Origin: Escherichia coli
GTDB lineage: Bacteria > Pseudomonadota > Gammaproteobacteria > Enterobacterales > Enterobacteriaceae
Reading direction: 5' to 3' (one strand)
Assembly (NCBI RefSeq): GCF_013122565.1
Contig: NZ_CP053258.1
Length of the DNA stretch: 64,000 bases
Made by a program: the position numbers and the translations under genes
Shown: piece by piece, positions 1-11,746 of the stretch
How the letters are laid out: every line of letters begins with the position of its first letter
Numbering within the stretch: the stretch's first letter is position 1
Notes under the pieces: model-generated
What the model was told of the DNA's origin: nothing
Seen by the model: the letters and a program-made list of their open reading frames with translations, nothing else
Databases searched by the model: none

Positions 1-208
1 AGCGCCAGTTGCCATGCTGCGCATACTGCTCGCCAAGCGCATCACTTAACAGTTGTAATCGCTGTTCATTACCATGCTTGATGTAATCAATAAAGCCACG
101 CTCAAAACTGATACGCACCGCCCAGTGCATACTGATCAGCAAGACAATGCAGGTGGCGAAAATCGCCAGAAACAGTTTGCCGGTAATACCGGGTCGCCAG
201 AACTTCAT
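1..208 (-). CDS. baeS: Sensor histidine kinase BaeS, N-terminal 69 codons only (gene continues beyond the window edge)
   Basis: Hand translation of the minus strand from the ATG at 208 gives [39 protein letters not shown]... with no stop down to position 1; start overlaps the mdtD stop by 4 nt. Matches recalled BaeS N-terminus. Confidence 0.8.
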   Translation of the reverse strand, partial: MKFWRPGITGKLFLAIFATCIVLLISMHWAVRISFERGFIDYIKHGNEQRLQLLSDALGEQYAQHGNWR

Positions 209-1620
209 TGCGCGCTCCTTTTTCGCCGCGAAATAGCTACATTTTGATGCGTATCGTTCGGCACTCTGGCAAAGATGAACGCCGGAAGGGCGATGATAAA
301 CGCCATGCTAAGCCAGGTGTACATAAAGACGGTTTGTGTGGTGCCGCTGTCGACGCTGACATGCTGCGAACCAAAAAGTCCCAGCAACAGCCCGGCGATG
401 GTGACGCCGATACTCATCGACAATTGCATAATCATCGACAGCAGACTGTTGCCGCTGCTCGCCAGATTGTCCGGGAGATCTTTCAGCGTCAGGGTGTTCA
501 TGGAGGAGAAACGGGTCGAGTTGACCATCCCTTGTAAAAACAGGACGAACGGCAAAACGTAGTACCAGCCCAACAGAGCGGTAGTCATAAACAACAGGGT
601 GACCAGCGACAGACCCAGCGTGGTCGCTACCAGTACCCGACGATAACCAAAGCGATTCACCACCTGTACAACAATCCGCTTCATCCCCATGCTGCCAAGC
701 ACCATCGGGATCATCATCAGTCCGGCATGAAACGGTGAGAAGCCAAGGCCAATTTGCAGGAAAACCGGCGTCATAAAGGGCAACATGCCGCTACCGATAC
801 GTCCGGCAAAGCTCCCCGCCAGGCCCAGCGAAAAGGTACGAGTGCGGAACAGTTTCAGACTGAAAAGAGCGCGGTTGTTATTTCTGGCGTGCAGCAGATA
901 AAGCACCAGTGCCACCACGCCAACTGCGACCAGGCCAGCAATCGCCAGCGGCGATAAACCTGTACCTTTACTGCCGTCCAGCGCCAGGGTTAATACCGCC
1001 ATGCCAACCGCCAGCAATAAAAATCCGGAGAGATCAAAGCGCCGCGTCTGCATGGTGTAGTTCGGCATTAACATCAGCGTGGCGATCGCGCCGATAATCC
1101 CCACCGGAATGTTGATCAAAAAGATCCAGTGCCAGGAGGCGTATTCCACCAACAGACCGCCGAGCGCCGGACCGAGCAGCGGCCCGACCTGACCGGGTAA
1201 CGTGACAAAGGTCATCGCCGCCATATATTGCTCGCGCGGTACGATTTTCATCACCGTCAACCTGCCGACCGGCACCATCATCGCACCGCCAACACCCTGT
1301 AACGCACGTGCCAGCAACAGTTCGTTCAGCGTGCCGGAAAGCGCGCAAAACAGTGAACCGAGAGTAAACAGCACGATGGCGGTAAAGAAAATATTGCGCA
1401 CGCCGACTTTGTCCGCCAGCCAGCCGCTGGCGGGCAGCATCACCGCCACGGTCAGCACATAAGAGACAATGACCATGTGCATATGCAACGGACTTTCCCC
1501 GAGGCTTTGCGCCATTGAGGGAAGGGCGGTGTTTACGATGGTGGTGTCCAGCGACTGCATAAAGAAGCCGAAAGCCACAATCCACAATTGCCAGCGGGTG
1601 CTGTCGGGAAGATCTGTCAT
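205..1620 (-). CDS. mdtD: MFS-type multidrug efflux transporter MdtD (471 aa)
   Basis: 471-aa ORF in the track, highly hydrophobic multi-TM protein; position directly downstream of mdtC and overlapping baeS as in the known mdtABCD-baeSR operon. Confidence 0.85.
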   Translation of the reverse strand: MTDLPDSTRWQLWIVAFGFFMQSLDTTIVNTALPSMAQSLGESPLHMHMVIVSYVLTVAVMLPASGWLADKVGVRNIFFTAIVLFTLGSLFCALSGTLNELLLARALQGVGGAMMVPVGRLTVMKIVPREQYMAAMTFVTLPGQVGPLLGPALGGLLVEYASWHWIFLINIPVGIIGAIATLMLMPNYTMQTRRFDLSGFLLLAVGMAVLTLALDGSKGTGLSPLAIAGLVAVGVVALVLYLLHARNNNRALFSLKLFRTRTFSLGLAGSFAGRIGSGMLPFMTPVFLQIGLGFSPFHAGLMMIPMVLGSMGMKRIVVQVVNRFGYRRVLVATTLGLSLVTLLFMTTALLGWYYVLPFVLFLQGMVNSTRFSSMNTLTLKDLPDNLASSGNSLLSMIMQLSMSIGVTIAGLLLGLFGSQHVSVDSGTTQTVFMYTWLSMAFIIALPAFIFARVPNDTHQNVAISRRKRSAQ

Positions 1621-4600
1621 TTACTCGGTTACCGTTTGTTTAGGTTTACGCGAAAAACGCAGCCGCAGACGGTCGAAAAAGAGATACACCACCGGCGTGG
1701 TATACAGCGTCAGGAGCTGACTCATCACCAGACCGCCGACAATGGTGATCCCCAAGGGTTGGCGCAGCTCCGAGCCGTCACCGCCCGACAACACCAGCGG
1801 CAGCGCGCCAAACAGCGCCGCCAGGGTAGTCATCATAATCGGGCGAAAACGCAGCAGACAGGCCTGGAAAATAGCTTCCTGCGGCGTCAGGTTACCGTGC
1901 CGTTGGGCTTCAAGCGCAAAATCGACCATCATAATGGCGTTTTTCTTCACGATGCCGATTAATAGCATGATCCCTATCAGGGCGATTAGGCTGAACGGGG
2001 CATTGAACAGCTCCAGCGCCAGCAGCGCTCCAACGCCCGCCGAGGGCAGGGTGGAGAGAATCGTCAGCGGATGTACGTAACTCTCGTAAAGGATACCCAG
2101 CACGATATACACCGTGGCGATGGCGGCGATAATCAGGATCACCTGCGAGTTCATCGTCTCCTGGAACACCTGCGCCGTGCCGGCAAAACTGCCGCGCACC
2201 GTCGAAGGCACGCCAAGCTGGGTCATTGCGCGGTCGATCGCGGCACTGGCGTCCGAGAGCGATTTCCCGGTCGGCAGGTTGAACGAGATGGTCGAGGCCG
2301 CCGATAATCCCTGATGATTCACCGACAGCGGAGCATTCGCCGGTTGCCATTTAGCGAAATACGACAGCGGGATCGCTTTGCCTTCGTTATTGATAACGAA
2401 CATTTTTTCCAGCGCGCTGATGTCCTGGGTATAGCGCGGATCCACTTCCATCACCACTTTATACTGGTTCATCGGCTGGTAAATGGTCGAGATTTGCCGC
2501 TGACCGAAGGCGTTATTTAACAGGCTGTTGGCGGCCTGTACGTCGATTCCCAGCCGTGCCATGGTGTCGCGATCGTAAACCAGATTCATCTCCGCGCCGT
2601 TATCCTGCTGATCGGAGTTCACGTCCGCCAGTTCCGGCAATGTCGCCAGTTTTTTGCGGATTTTCGGCTCCCATTCGCGCAGTGCCGCCAGGTCGTCGGA
2701 TAACAACGTGTACTGGTAGCTGGCGTTCGACTGACGCCCACCAACGCGAATATCCTGTACCGCCATCAGGAACAGATTCGCCCCCGGTTCTTTCGCCAGT
2801 TTTACGCGCAGACGGTCGATAATTTGCTGCGCTGTTTCGCTGCGTTCGTCGCGTGGCTTGAGGGTGATAAACATCATGCCGCTGTTCACTCGCGAACCGC
2901 CGGTAAATCCGGTGACATTATCCACTGCCGGATCGTCACGGATAATTTTCATGAAATCCTGCAATTTGCCGCGCATTGCCTGAAACGAAATACTCTGATC
3001 CGCCTGTATCCCGCCCATCAGCACGCCGGTGTCTTGTTCCGGGAAGAAGGTCTTCGGGATCGAGATATAGAGCCAGATATTCAAAGCAATGGTGCCAAGC
3101 AGCACCACGCCCACCAGACGGGTATGATTGAGCACCCATTTCAGTGACTTACCATAGCCTTGTTGCAGGGCTACCAACATGCGACCAAAACCACGCAGTC
3201 GCTTTTGCTCGCGCGGCTTGCTGGCTTTCAGCATCCAGCCACACATCATTGGCGTTAATGTCAGAGAAACCAGCAACGAAATACCAATGGCGACAGAAAG
3301 CGTCACGGCAAACTCGCGTAACAGTCGGCCCGGCAATCCGCCCATCAACAGCAGCGGCAGGAACACCGCCACCAGTGACAGACTCATCGACAGCACCGTA
3401 AAGCCGACTTCGCGAGTACCTTGTAGCGCGGCCTGTAGTGGTTTCATCCCCGCTTCCAGATGACGGGCAATGTTTTCCAGCACCACGATGGCGTCATCCA
3501 CCACGAAACCAGTAGCGATGGTGAGCGCCATTAACGACAGGTTATTGAGACTGAATCCGCACAGGTACATCGCCGCAAACGTACCAATCAGCGAAACCGG
3601 CACCGCAACGGCGGGAATAATAGTGGCGCGACCCGAGCGCAGGAATAAAAAGACCACCAGAATCACCAGCGCCACCGAGATAATCAGCGTTTGCTCGACT
3701 TCTTCCAGCGAGGCGCGAATGGTGGGGGAGCGATCCTGAGCAATTTGCAGATCAATCGCCGCCGGAATGGTCTCCTGCAACTCCGGTAATTTTGCCCGGA
3801 TGCTGTCTACCGTCTGGATAATATTGGCTTCCGGCAGTTTGCGGATCATCAGCAAAATAGCCGGTTTGGCGTTGGTCATCCCGGCGTTGCGCACATCCTG
3901 CACTGAGTCGGTTACCGTTGCCACATCGCCCAGACGAACCGCACCACCATTGTTGTAGTGAATAATCAGCGGCTGATATTCAGCGGCGGTTTTCAGTTCA
4001 TCGTTGGTCTGGATCTGCCAGCGGTGAATGCCATCTTCCAGCGCCCCCTGTGGTTTACGTACGTTGGCATTGCTGATGGCAGTGCGTACGTCGTCCAGCG
4101 ACACGCCCTGATTAAACAGTGCTTGCGGGTTCAGCCCGACGCGCACCGCAGGCAGCGAGCTGCCGCCGACATCGACATCACCGACGCCGTCGATTTGAGA
4201 AATCGTCGGAGCCAGCTGCGTCGAGGCAAAATCGTACAGTTCACCTTGCGAATAAGTATCGGACGTCAGCGTGAGGATCATAATTGGCGCATCCGACGGG
4301 TTCGCTTTGCGATAGGTCGGACGGCTGGGCATCCCGCTGGGCAGCAAACTTTGTGCAGCGTTGATCGCCGCCTGCACATCGCGCGCTGCGCCGTTGATAT
4401 CGCGGTCAAAATCAAACTGCAAAATAATGCGCGTGCTGCCGAGCGAACTGCTGGAGGTCATTTCACTGACCCCGGCAATGCGCCCAAGTGATCGCTCCAG
4501 CGGCGTGGCAACGGAAGACGCCATTGTTTCTGGTGACGCACCGGGCAGCGAGGCGCTGACCATAATCACTGGAAAATCGACCTGCGGCAGCGGGGCGACC

Positions 4601-4698
4601 GGCAGCATACGGAAACCCAGTATGCCGCACAGGGTAATGGCGACCGACAGTAAAATCGTTGCCACCGGGCGGTAAATGAAGAGGGCAAAAAACTTCAC
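1621..4698 (-). CDS. mdtC: RND multidrug efflux pump subunit MdtC (1025 aa)
   Basis: 1025-aa ORF with RND/AcrB-like architecture (12 TM, two large periplasmic loops); start abuts mdtB stop; paralogous to the upstream 1040-aa ORF. Confidence 0.9.
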   Translation of the reverse strand: MKFFALFIYRPVATILLSVAITLCGILGFRMLPVAPLPQVDFPVIMVSASLPGASPETMASSVATPLERSLGRIAGVSEMTSSSSLGSTRIILQFDFDRDINGAARDVQAAINAAQSLLPSGMPSRPTYRKANPSDAPIMILTLTSDTYSQGELYDFASTQLAPTISQIDGVGDVDVGGSSLPAVRVGLNPQALFNQGVSLDDVRTAISNANVRKPQGALEDGIHRWQIQTNDELKTAAEYQPLIIHYNNGGAVRLGDVATVTDSVQDVRNAGMTNAKPAILLMIRKLPEANIIQTVDSIRAKLPELQETIPAAIDLQIAQDRSPTIRASLEEVEQTLIISVALVILVVFLFLRSGRATIIPAVAVPVSLIGTFAAMYLCGFSLNNLSLMALTIATGFVVDDAIVVLENIARHLEAGMKPLQAALQGTREVGFTVLSMSLSLVAVFLPLLLMGGLPGRLLREFAVTLSVAIGISLLVSLTLTPMMCGWMLKASKPREQKRLRGFGRMLVALQQGYGKSLKWVLNHTRLVGVVLLGTIALNIWLYISIPKTFFPEQDTGVLMGGIQADQSISFQAMRGKLQDFMKIIRDDPAVDNVTGFTGGSRVNSGMMFITLKPRDERSETAQQIIDRLRVKLAKEPGANLFLMAVQDIRVGGRQSNASYQYTLLSDDLAALREWEPKIRKKLATLPELADVNSDQQDNGAEMNLVYDRDTMARLGIDVQAANSLLNNAFGQRQISTIYQPMNQYKVVMEVDPRYTQDISALEKMFVINNEGKAIPLSYFAKWQPANAPLSVNHQGLSAASTISFNLPTGKSLSDASAAIDRAMTQLGVPSTVRGSFAGTAQVFQETMNSQVILIIAAIATVYIVLGILYESYVHPLTILSTLPSAGVGALLALELFNAPFSLIALIGIMLLIGIVKKNAIMMVDFALEAQRHGNLTPQEAIFQACLLRFRPIMMTTLAALFGALPLVLSGGDGSELRQPLGITIVGGLVMSQLLTLYTTPVVYLFFDRLRLRFSRKPKQTVTE

Positions 4699-7600
4699 TT
4701 ACGCCTCCTCTTCATGACGGGCAAAGCGACTTTTGGTCCACAATGCCAGGCGGTCGAACAGCAGATAAATCACCGGCGTGGTGAACAGCGTCAGCACCTG
4801 GCTGACAATCAGACCGCCGACCATGCCGATACCTAACGGACGACGCAGTTCCGCGCCGACCCCGGTACTCAACATCAGCGGCAGCGCGCCAAGCAGAGCC
4901 GCCAGGGTGGTCATCAGGATCGGACGAAAACGCAACAGACAAGCCTGGTAGATTGCATCGCGCGGCGACATGCCTTGCTCGCGCTCAGCAGCCAGCGCGA
5001 AGTCGATCATCATGATGGCGTTCTTCTTCACGATACCGATCAGCAAAATAATGCCGATAATCGCAATCACATCCAGTTCGCTACCGGCAATCATTAACGC
5101 CAGCAGTGCGCCAACACCTGCCGTGGGTAGCGTCGAGAGAATGGTGATCGGGTGAATAAAGCTCTCGTACAGAATGCCGAGCACGATATACATCGCCACC
5201 ACCGCCGCGACAATCAGCCAGACGGTGCTGCCCAGCGCCGACTGGAAGGCGAGGGTGCTGCCCTGGAACTGCGTGGTGATATCCACCGGCAGATTCAGAG
5301 TCTTTTCGGTGTCCATAATCGCCTGCACCGCATCGCCCAGCGAATAGTTATCCGGCACGTTAAAGGAGATGGTCGTTACCGGGAACTGATCCAGATGGTT
5401 GATGGAAAGCGGCGCAAAACGCTGCTCAATTTTGGCAATTGAGCTTAACGGCACCACGCCACCGTCGCTGCTGGTCAGGCGAATGGTATCCAGCGCCGCG
5501 AGGCCTGGGGTATTTTCGGTGTTGTGCTCCAGCACCACGCGATACTGGTTAGCCTGAGTATAAATAGTGGAAATCAGCCGCTGACCAAACGCGTTGTACA
5601 GGGCGTTATCGACGTCCGCCATGCTGATCCCCAGACGGCTGGCGCTGTCGCGATCAACATTGACATACGCCACCAGCCCTTTGTCCTGCCAGTCGCTGGA
5701 GACATCAGATAGCTGTGGCAGCTGCTGGAGTTTTTCCATCAACTGTGGCACCCAGGTACTGAGCGCATCCAGTGACGTGGCCTGCAAGGTAAACTGGTAC
5801 TGGGTGCGGCTGACCTGAGTATCGATGGTCAGGTCCTGCGTTGGTTGCAGGAAGAGATCGACGCCCGGCACTTTATCCACCGCCGTTTGCAGACGGGCGA
5901 TGACTTTTTGCACCCGATCATCACGTTCATCCAGCGGTTTGAGGTTGATCTGCAAACGCGCACTGTTCAGCGACGGGTTAGTGCCATCAACGCCAACAAA
6001 TGAGGTCAGACTTTGCACTGCCGGATCCTGCAAAATCACGTCCGCGACCTGGCGTTGCCGCTGGGCCATATTGGCAAAGGAGCTGGATTGCGGTGCCTGC
6101 AAAGTGCCCTGAATAATGCCGTTATCCTGTACCGGGAAGAAACCTTTCGGAATGAACACCCACAATAGAACGCTAAGCAGCAGCGTGCTGAGCGCCACGC
6201 TTAAGGTCAGCCACGGATGATTCAGCACTTTCGCAAGTCCCTGACCATAGGCGGCGATTATCCTGTCGAACATTTTTTCCGAGGCACGGGAGAAGCGGTT
6301 CTGTTTACGCAGTGACTCCTGGCTGAGCATCCGCGCGCACATCATCGGTGTCAGGGTCAGCGACACCACGGCTGAGATCAAAATCGCTACCGCCAGGGTA
6401 ATAGCAAATTCGCGGAACAGTCGCCCGACGATATCGCCCATAAACAGCAGTGGGATCAACACCGCAATCAGCGAGAAGGTCAGCGAGATAATGGTAAAGC
6501 CGATTTCACCCGCGCCTTTGAGCGCCGCCGCCAACGGTTTTTCGCCTTTTTCGATATAGCGGGAAATGTTTTCGATCACCACGATGGCGTCATCGACCAC
6601 AAATCCGGTGGCGATAGTTAACGCCATCAGCGTCAGGTTATTGATTGAAAAATCGAGAAACACCATGACCGCGAAGGTGCCGATTAACGACAGCGGCACT
6701 GCGACGCCGGGAATGATGGTCGCCGGAATATTGCGCAAAAACAGGTAGATAATCATGACTACCAGCGCGATAGCCATCATCAATTCAAACTGAGTATCAT
6801 CGACGGATGCGCGGATATTGGTGGTACGGTCAGAAAGTACCGTCACCTTCACCGATTTCGGCAGACTCTCGGTGAGCTGTGGCAGCATCTGCCGGATGCT
6901 GTCGGCGGTGGAGATAATGTTAGCACCGGGCTGGCGCTGAACATTCATCACAATGGCCTGTTCTTTGTTCGCCCATGCGCCGAGCCAGCTGTTTTCTGCA
7001 CCTTGCTCTACGGTTGCGACATCGCCCAGACGAATCGGCGCGCCGTTCTGGTAGGCGATGATTAGCTGGCGATACTCTTCGGCGGATTGCATCTGGTCGT
7101 TAGCGGAAAGCGTAACCGCACGGGAAGGGCCGTCAAGGCTACCTTTAGCCGAGTTAACGTTAGCGCCGGTAATGGCGGTGCGCACGGTTTCGCTGGTCAG
7201 GCCGAGGGCGGCAATCGCCTGAGCGTTAAGTTTGACGCGAACAGCCGGACGCTGGCCGCCGGAAAGCGTCACCAGACCGACGCCGGAAATCTGCGAGATT
7301 TTCTGCGCGACGCGGGTTTCCACCATATCTTCCACTTGCGTCATCGGCATGGCTGTTGAGGTGACGGCGAGCGTCATGATCGGCGGATCTGCCGGGTTCA
7401 CTTTGCTGTAAACCGGCGGGTTAGGCAGATCGCTCGGCAACAAGTTGGTCGCAGCGTTAATCGCGGCCTGTACTTCCTGCTCGGCGACATCCAGCGGTAA
7501 TGTTAGCTGGAACTGCAAAGTGATAACTGACGCACCGCCGGAACTTTGCGACGACATCTGTTTCAGACCAGACATCTGCCCGAACTGGCGTTCGAGCGGC

Positions 7601-7821
7601 GCGGTAACGGCAGAGGTCATGACATCCGGGCTCGCACCTGGGTAGAGCGTGACCACCTGAATGGTCGGATAGTCCACTTCCGGCAGCGCCGAAACGGGCA
7701 GGGCGCGATAACCGATAATCCCGGCGAGTAAGATCGCCACCATCAGCAGCGTGGTGGCCACAGGACGCATAATAAACAGGCGCGACGGGCCGCCTGTGCT
7801 GCTCGGGGGTAACACCTGCAT
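4699..7821 (-). CDS. mdtB: RND multidrug efflux pump subunit MdtB (1040 aa)
   Basis: 1040-aa RND-family ORF; its ATG overlaps the mdtA stop codon by 1 nt (TGATG), indicating translational coupling. Confidence 0.9.
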   Translation of the reverse strand: MQVLPPSSTGGPSRLFIMRPVATTLLMVAILLAGIIGYRALPVSALPEVDYPTIQVVTLYPGASPDVMTSAVTAPLERQFGQMSGLKQMSSQSSGGASVITLQFQLTLPLDVAEQEVQAAINAATNLLPSDLPNPPVYSKVNPADPPIMTLAVTSTAMPMTQVEDMVETRVAQKISQISGVGLVTLSGGQRPAVRVKLNAQAIAALGLTSETVRTAITGANVNSAKGSLDGPSRAVTLSANDQMQSAEEYRQLIIAYQNGAPIRLGDVATVEQGAENSWLGAWANKEQAIVMNVQRQPGANIISTADSIRQMLPQLTESLPKSVKVTVLSDRTTNIRASVDDTQFELMMAIALVVMIIYLFLRNIPATIIPGVAVPLSLIGTFAVMVFLDFSINNLTLMALTIATGFVVDDAIVVIENISRYIEKGEKPLAAALKGAGEIGFTIISLTFSLIAVLIPLLFMGDIVGRLFREFAITLAVAILISAVVSLTLTPMMCARMLSQESLRKQNRFSRASEKMFDRIIAAYGQGLAKVLNHPWLTLSVALSTLLLSVLLWVFIPKGFFPVQDNGIIQGTLQAPQSSSFANMAQRQRQVADVILQDPAVQSLTSFVGVDGTNPSLNSARLQINLKPLDERDDRVQKVIARLQTAVDKVPGVDLFLQPTQDLTIDTQVSRTQYQFTLQATSLDALSTWVPQLMEKLQQLPQLSDVSSDWQDKGLVAYVNVDRDSASRLGISMADVDNALYNAFGQRLISTIYTQANQYRVVLEHNTENTPGLAALDTIRLTSSDGGVVPLSSIAKIEQRFAPLSINHLDQFPVTTISFNVPDNYSLGDAVQAIMDTEKTLNLPVDITTQFQGSTLAFQSALGSTVWLIVAAVVAMYIVLGILYESFIHPITILSTLPTAGVGALLALMIAGSELDVIAIIGIILLIGIVKKNAIMMIDFALAAEREQGMSPRDAIYQACLLRFRPILMTTLAALLGALPLMLSTGVGAELRRPLGIGMVGGLIVSQVLTLFTTPVIYLLFDRLALWTKSRFARHEEEA

Positions 7822-9068
7822 CAGGAGCGTGCTCCTTTTTTCGCGTATTCGCGGCTGGTGGCTTTCTCTTCCGAAGTGGTGGCGCTCTGGGCTTCCACCA
7901 CTTCCACTTTCGCCCCTTCGGTCAGGCGATCAATGCCGTCTGTCACCACGCGATCGCCCGCAGAAATACCTGCGCGGATCACCACTTTCTGACTGTCCTG
8001 AATGCCCGGCGTCACCAGATGTTTGCTGACCTTGTTTTCGCTATTCAGCACCCAGACAAAATGGCCTTCATTGCCCATTTGCAGGGCGGCTGTTGGGATC
8101 ACCACGGCGTTTTGTTCGGTGTCGACTAACATACGCGCGTTAACAAACTGATTGGGAAACAGCGCATCATCCTGATTATTAAAGCGTGCTTTCACTTTAA
8201 TCGTACCGGTAGTGGCATCGATTTGGTTATCGAGACTTAACAGCGTGCCTTCACTTAATTTCTTCGAGTTGGTGCGATCCCAGGCTTCTACCACCAGCGG
8301 TTTTCCGGTTTTTTGCGCCTGCACAACGGTAGCGATATCGCTTTCCGGCAGGGTAAAGACTAAATCGATAGGATGCGTCTGGGTGATCACCACAATCCCG
8401 GAGGTATCACCACTGGAGATTTGGTTACCAACATCAACCTGCTTGAGACCAACGCGACCATCGACTGGTGCGGTGATGCGGCTCCAGTCGAGTTGCAGCT
8501 GTGCGCTGGCGACGCTTGCTTCATCAGCCTTAATGGTGCCTTCGGTTTCACTGACCAGCGCCTGTTGGGCATCCAGTTCCTGACGAGATACGAGATTGGT
8601 TTTTGCCAGTTGTTGATAACGCGCCAGGTCACGGCGGGCGTTGGCGAGCGTGGCTTTATCTTTTGCCAGTTGGCCCTGGGCTTGTGCTAATGCAACTTTG
8701 AACTGGCTTGGGTCAATTTCTGCCAGTAAATCGCCTGCTTTGACCTGCTGGCCTTCCTGGAAATGTAACGCCATCAGTTGACCGTCCACGCGGCTGCGCA
8801 CCGTAACAGTATTAGCGGCGGTAATGGTGCCAAGCCCGGTGAGGTAACGCGGAACAGCCTGTTCTACTGCGGTCGCCGCCTGAACCGGAGCTAATGGGCC
8901 GGCACGCATACCACGGCGACCACCCGCTGGCGATTGCTGCGCTTGTTTCGTCGCCCCAGGGGCTGCACTCTGGGAGTCATTGCGGCCTTGCCAGAACCAG
9001 AATGCGGCGATGGCGGCGATAACCACCACGATTACGATTACCCAACGGGATTTATAACTGCCTTTCAT
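7821..9068 (-). CDS. mdtA: Membrane fusion protein (periplasmic adaptor) MdtA, 415 aa
   Basis: Track ORF 7821..9215 is 464 aa; I place the start at the internal ATG at 9068 ([16 protein letters not shown]...), which gives the expected 415 aa with a signal/TM N-terminus. The 49 upstream codons are probably not translated. Confidence 0.8.
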   Translation of the reverse strand: MKGSYKSRWVIVIVVVIAAIAAFWFWQGRNDSQSAAPGATKQAQQSPAGGRRGMRAGPLAPVQAATAVEQAVPRYLTGLGTITAANTVTVRSRVDGQLMALHFQEGQQVKAGDLLAEIDPSQFKVALAQAQGQLAKDKATLANARRDLARYQQLAKTNLVSRQELDAQQALVSETEGTIKADEASVASAQLQLDWSRITAPVDGRVGLKQVDVGNQISSGDTSGIVVITQTHPIDLVFTLPESDIATVVQAQKTGKPLVVEAWDRTNSKKLSEGTLLSLDNQIDATTGTIKVKARFNNQDDALFPNQFVNARMLVDTEQNAVVIPTAALQMGNEGHFVWVLNSENKVSKHLVTPGIQDSQKVVIRAGISAGDRVVTDGIDRLTEGAKVEVVEAQSATTSEEKATSREYAKKGARS

Positions 9069-9121
9069 CGTTAAGAGTTTCTCTTCCTGAAACGTTTCGC
9101 GGAATGATACTAGTGTAGCCA

Positions 9122-9139
9122 GCCAATAAGGGAGAAAAA
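9122..9139 (-). promoter_or_regulatory. Putative BaeR response-regulator binding box upstream of mdtA
   Basis: Plus strand reads GCCAATAAGGGAGAAAAA; its reverse complement TTTTTCTCCCTTATTGGC matches the recalled BaeR consensus TTTTTCTCCATDATTGGC with one mismatch. Located about 55-70 nt upstream of the mdtA start. Confidence 0.55.
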
Positions 9140-9276
9140 TGGAGGAATTATGAAACACTATCGGGAATCGTCTGAATGGCGGGCACATTTGCGAGCACGC
9201 ATCCAGTAATAACACAGGAAACTATTTTATCTACGCGTTAGCGATAGACTGCTTGCATGGCGAAAGGAGGTAAGCC

Positions 9277-9420
9277 GACGATTTCAGCGGGACGCTGAAA
9301 CGGGAAAGCCCCTATAAGGAAAGGGTCATGATGAAGTGGATCATCATCGTGGTGCTCTTAGTCATAAGCTTCCCGGCTTACTAAGACTACCAGGGCGGGG
9401 GAAACCCCGCTCTACCCTCA
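9277..9420 (-). ncRNA. sib: Sib-family antisense sRNA (antitoxin) overlapping ibs copy 1; boundaries approximate
   Basis: Minus-strand sigma70-like promoter: TTGACA (plus 9450..9455 reverse-complemented), 17-nt spacer, TAATTT; the transcript would run antisense across the whole ibs ORF. Length set to about 140 nt by analogy with the known SibA/SibB RNAs. Confidence 0.6.
9328..9384 (+). CDS. ibs: Ibs-family type I toxin peptide, 18 aa (MMKWIIIVVLLVISFPAY)
   Basis: ATGATGAAG... ORF preceded by AAGGAAAGGG Shine-Dalgarno; hydrophobic peptide with the Ibs family signature MMK...VISFPAY. Confidence 0.8.
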   Translation: MMKWIIIVVLLVISFPAY

Positions 9421-9594
9421 CTCCTGAAATTATGCCTTCACGATAAGATTGTCAATCCGCAGGCTTTGTAGTCTGCGATCCTGCCAGCAAATATTCTTTG
9501 CGAGTCGTTACGCAATAATCACACTGGAAACTATTTTATCCGCAAGTCAGCGATAGACTGCATACAGGGCGAAAGGAGGTAAGCCGACGATTTC

Positions 9595-9738
9595 AGCGGG
9601 ACGCTGAAACGGGAAAGCCCCTCCCGAGGAAGGGGCCTTAAATAAGGAAAGGGTCATGATGAAGATACTCATCATCGTGGTGCTCTTAGTGATTAGCTAC
9701 CCAGCATACTAAGACTACCAGGGCGGGGGAAACCCCGC
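9595..9738 (-). ncRNA. sib: Sib-family antisense sRNA overlapping ibs copy 2; boundaries approximate
   Basis: Same minus-strand TTGACA/TAATTT promoter arrangement (TGTCAA at plus 9768..9773) as in copy 1. Confidence 0.6.
9656..9712 (+). CDS. ibs: Ibs-family type I toxin peptide, 18 aa (MMKILIIVVLLVISYPAY)
   Basis: Second repeat unit; same SD spacing and peptide architecture as copy 1. Confidence 0.8.
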   Translation: MMKILIIVVLLVISYPAY

Positions 9739-9939
9739 TCTACCCTCACTCCTGAAATTATGCCTTCACGATAAGATTGTCAATCCGCAGGCTTTGTAGT
9801 CTGCGATCCTGCCAGCAAATATTCTTTGCGAGTCGTTACGCAATAATCACAGAGGAAACTATTTTGTTCACGCGTTAGCGATAGACTGCATTCAGGGCGA
9901 AAGGAGGTAAGCCGACGATTTCAGCGGGATGCTGAAACG

Positions 9940-10083
9940 GGAAACCCTCTCCCGGAGAAGAGGGCTTTTAATAAGGAAAGGGTTATGATGAAGCACGTCA
10001 TCATACTGGTGATACTCTTAGTGATTAGCTTCCAGGCTTACTAAGAACACCAGGGGGAGGGGGAAACCTCTCCCTAACCCTCA
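9940..10083 (-). ncRNA. sib: Sib-family antisense sRNA overlapping ibs copy 3; boundaries approximate
   Basis: Minus-strand promoter with TTGACA (plus 10113..10118 reverse-complemented) and TAATTT after a 17-nt spacer. Confidence 0.55.
9985..10044 (+). CDS. ibs: Ibs-family type I toxin peptide, 19 aa (MMKHVIILVILLVISFQAY)
   Basis: Third repeat unit; ORF one codon longer than the other two and ending FQAY instead of FPAY. Confidence 0.8.
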   Translation: MMKHVIILVILLVISFQAY

Positions 10084-10264
10084 CTCCTGAAATTATGTCA
10101 CTCCGCCCTTAGTGTCAATCGACGGCTCTCCGTTCTTGCGAGGCGAATAGCAAAATTTTCTGCGCCGCCGGGCCTAATTCTGAAAGTTTCTTCGTTTGCT
10201 CTTATTTCATTATTGCAATCGGTATGATACCGGACCTCGATAATTCTCTAAGAAAGGATTTCTT

Positions 10265-10924
10265 ATGAGCGAACAAATCACGTTTGCCACCAGCGATTTT
10301 GCCAGTAACCCGGAACCACGTTGCCCCTGCATTTTGCTGCTGGATGTTTCTGGTTCGATGAACGGTAGACCCATTAATGAACTTAACGCCGGATTGGTTA
10401 CCTTTCGCGATGAGCTGCTTGCCGATTCGCTGGCCTTAAAAAGAGTGGAACTCGGTATTGTGACGTTCGGCCCGGTGCATGTGGAACAACCATTTACCAG
10501 CGCCGCTAATTTTTTCCCGCCCATCCTGTTTGCCCAGGGCGATACACCAATGGGGGCCGCCATTACCAAAGTCCTGGATATGGTTGAGGAGCGCAAACGT
10601 GAGTATCGTGCAAATGGTATTTCGTATTATCGCCCGTGGATTTTCCTGATCACCGATGGCGCTCCAACCGATGAGTGGCAGGCTGCCGCCAACAAAGTGT
10701 TTCAGGGGGAAGAAGATAAGAAGTTTGCCTTCTTTACCATCGGTGTGCAGGGGGCGGATATGAAGACGCTGGCACAAATCAGCGTTCGTCAGCCTTTGCC
10801 ACTGCAGGGATTACAATTCCGTGAACTGTTTAGCTGGTTATCCAGTTCACTGCGTTCGGTTTCCCGCTCCACGCCGGGAACGGAAGTTGTGCTGGAAGCA
10901 CCAAAAGGCTGGACGTCAGTGTGA
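10265..10924 (+). CDS. yegL: von Willebrand factor A (vWA) domain protein YegL, TerY-like (219 aa)
   Basis: 219-aa ORF with a MIDAS-type motif ([11 protein letters not shown]) near the N-terminus; stop overlaps the start of the next gene (GTGA). Confidence 0.85.
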   Translation: MSEQITFATSDFASNPEPRCPCILLLDVSGSMNGRPINELNAGLVTFRDELLADSLALKRVELGIVTFGPVHVEQPFTSAANFFPPILFAQGDTPMGAAITKVLDMVEERKREYRANGISYYRPWIFLITDGAPTDEWQAAANKVFQGEEDKKFAFFTIGVQGADMKTLAQISVRQPLPLQGLQFRELFSWLSSSLRSVSRSTPGTEVVLEAPKGWTSV

Positions 10925-11682
10925 GCTGGCGTCTGGTCTATGCATCAACCGTTGGAACGTCGCACATCAGCGCGGACTTGCCTTGCCAGGATGCCTGCCA
11001 GATGCAGGTTGCCTGGTTAAATGACCAGCAGCCATTATTGTCGGTATTTGTCGCTGATGGCGCAGGCAGTGTCTCGCAGGGTGGCGAAGGCGCGATGCTT
11101 GCCATCAATGAAGCGATGGCTTATGTGTCGCAAAAAGTGCAGCACGGTGAATTTGGACTCAATGATATCCTCGCCACGGATATTGTGCTGACCGTTCGTC
11201 AGCGACTTTTTGCCGAGGCGGAAGCCAAAGAATTAGCAGTTCGCGATTTTGCCTGCACGTTTCTGGGATTGATTTCATCGGCTAACGGCACCTTGATTAT
11301 GCAGATTGGCGATGGCGGCGTGGTGGTGGATTTTGGTCACGGTCTGCAATTACCGCTTACGCCGATGGTGGGTGAATATGCCAATATGACGCATTTCATT
11401 ACCGATGAAGATGCCGTTTCCAGACTGGAAACTTTCACCATCACTGAGCGTGTGCATAAAGTTGCAGCATTTACGGACGGTATCCAGCGACTGGCGTTAA
11501 ATATGTTGGATAATTCTCCGCATGTGCCTTTCTTTACCCCGTTTTTCAATGGACTGGCGTCAGCAACGCAGGAACAACTCGATTTATTACCTGAATTGTT
11601 AAAGCAGTTTTTGTCCAGCCCGGCGGTAAACGAGCGTACGGATGATGATAAAACGTTGGCACTGGCGCTGTGGGCAGAGTGA
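10921..11682 (+). CDS. yegK: PP2C-family Ser/Thr protein phosphatase YegK (253 aa)
   Basis: 253-aa ORF starting at a GTG that overlaps the yegL stop; PP2C-like motifs ([24 protein letters not shown]). Confidence 0.8.
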   Translation: MSWRLVYASTVGTSHISADLPCQDACQMQVAWLNDQQPLLSVFVADGAGSVSQGGEGAMLAINEAMAYVSQKVQHGEFGLNDILATDIVLTVRQRLFAEAEAKELAVRDFACTFLGLISSANGTLIMQIGDGGVVVDFGHGLQLPLTPMVGEYANMTHFITDEDAVSRLETFTITERVHKVAAFTDGIQRLALNMLDNSPHVPFFTPFFNGLASATQEQLDLLPELLKQFLSSPAVNERTDDDKTLALALWAE

Positions 11683-11691
11683 GTTTCTCAT

Positions 11692-11719
11692 GGCGGTTGA
11701 AGACAACAATTCAACCGCC
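11692..11719. terminator. Hairpin between the convergent genes yegK and yegJ, possible bidirectional terminator
   Basis: GGCGGTTGAA-GACAACAA-TTCAACCGCC: perfect 10-bp stem with an 8-nt loop; the flanking U-tracts are weak. Confidence 0.5.
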
Positions 11720-11746
11720 AGTTTAAGCAATCAATATAACGGCTGA

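Larger units (their letters stand above)
9215..10140. repeat. Three tandem ~320-bp repeat units, each an ibs/sib type I toxin-antitoxin locus
   Basis: Three near-identical units starting near 9215, 9530 and 9850. Each has the conserved block GCGATAGACTGC...GGCGAAAGGAGGTAAGCCGACGATTTCAGCGGGA(C/T)GCTGAAACGGGAAA, a tiny ORF, a GC hairpin and CCTGAAATTATG...TGTCAA. Confidence 0.85.

Noticed and set aside
1034-4675. Several long ORFs antisense to or out of frame within mdtC and mdtD (for example 1034..1585 minus, 3958..4491 plus, 4361..4675 plus)
   Set aside because: They lie entirely within much longer coding genes that have clear transporter features; their translations are low-complexity and Arg/Ala/Gly-rich, as expected for random frames in GC-rich sequence.
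7821-9215. N-terminally extended ORF calls (mdtA 464 aa, and likewise yegD, udk, yegH, wzc, wcaD, cpsG and galF)
   Set aside because: In each case an internal start gives the typical N-terminus and expected protein length; the upstream extensions are probably untranslated leader sequence.
9215-10140. Tandem repeats considered as a possible CRISPR array
   Set aside because: The period is about 320 bp with long near-identical units and no short repeat-spacer pattern; the units encode Ibs peptides and antisense promoters instead.
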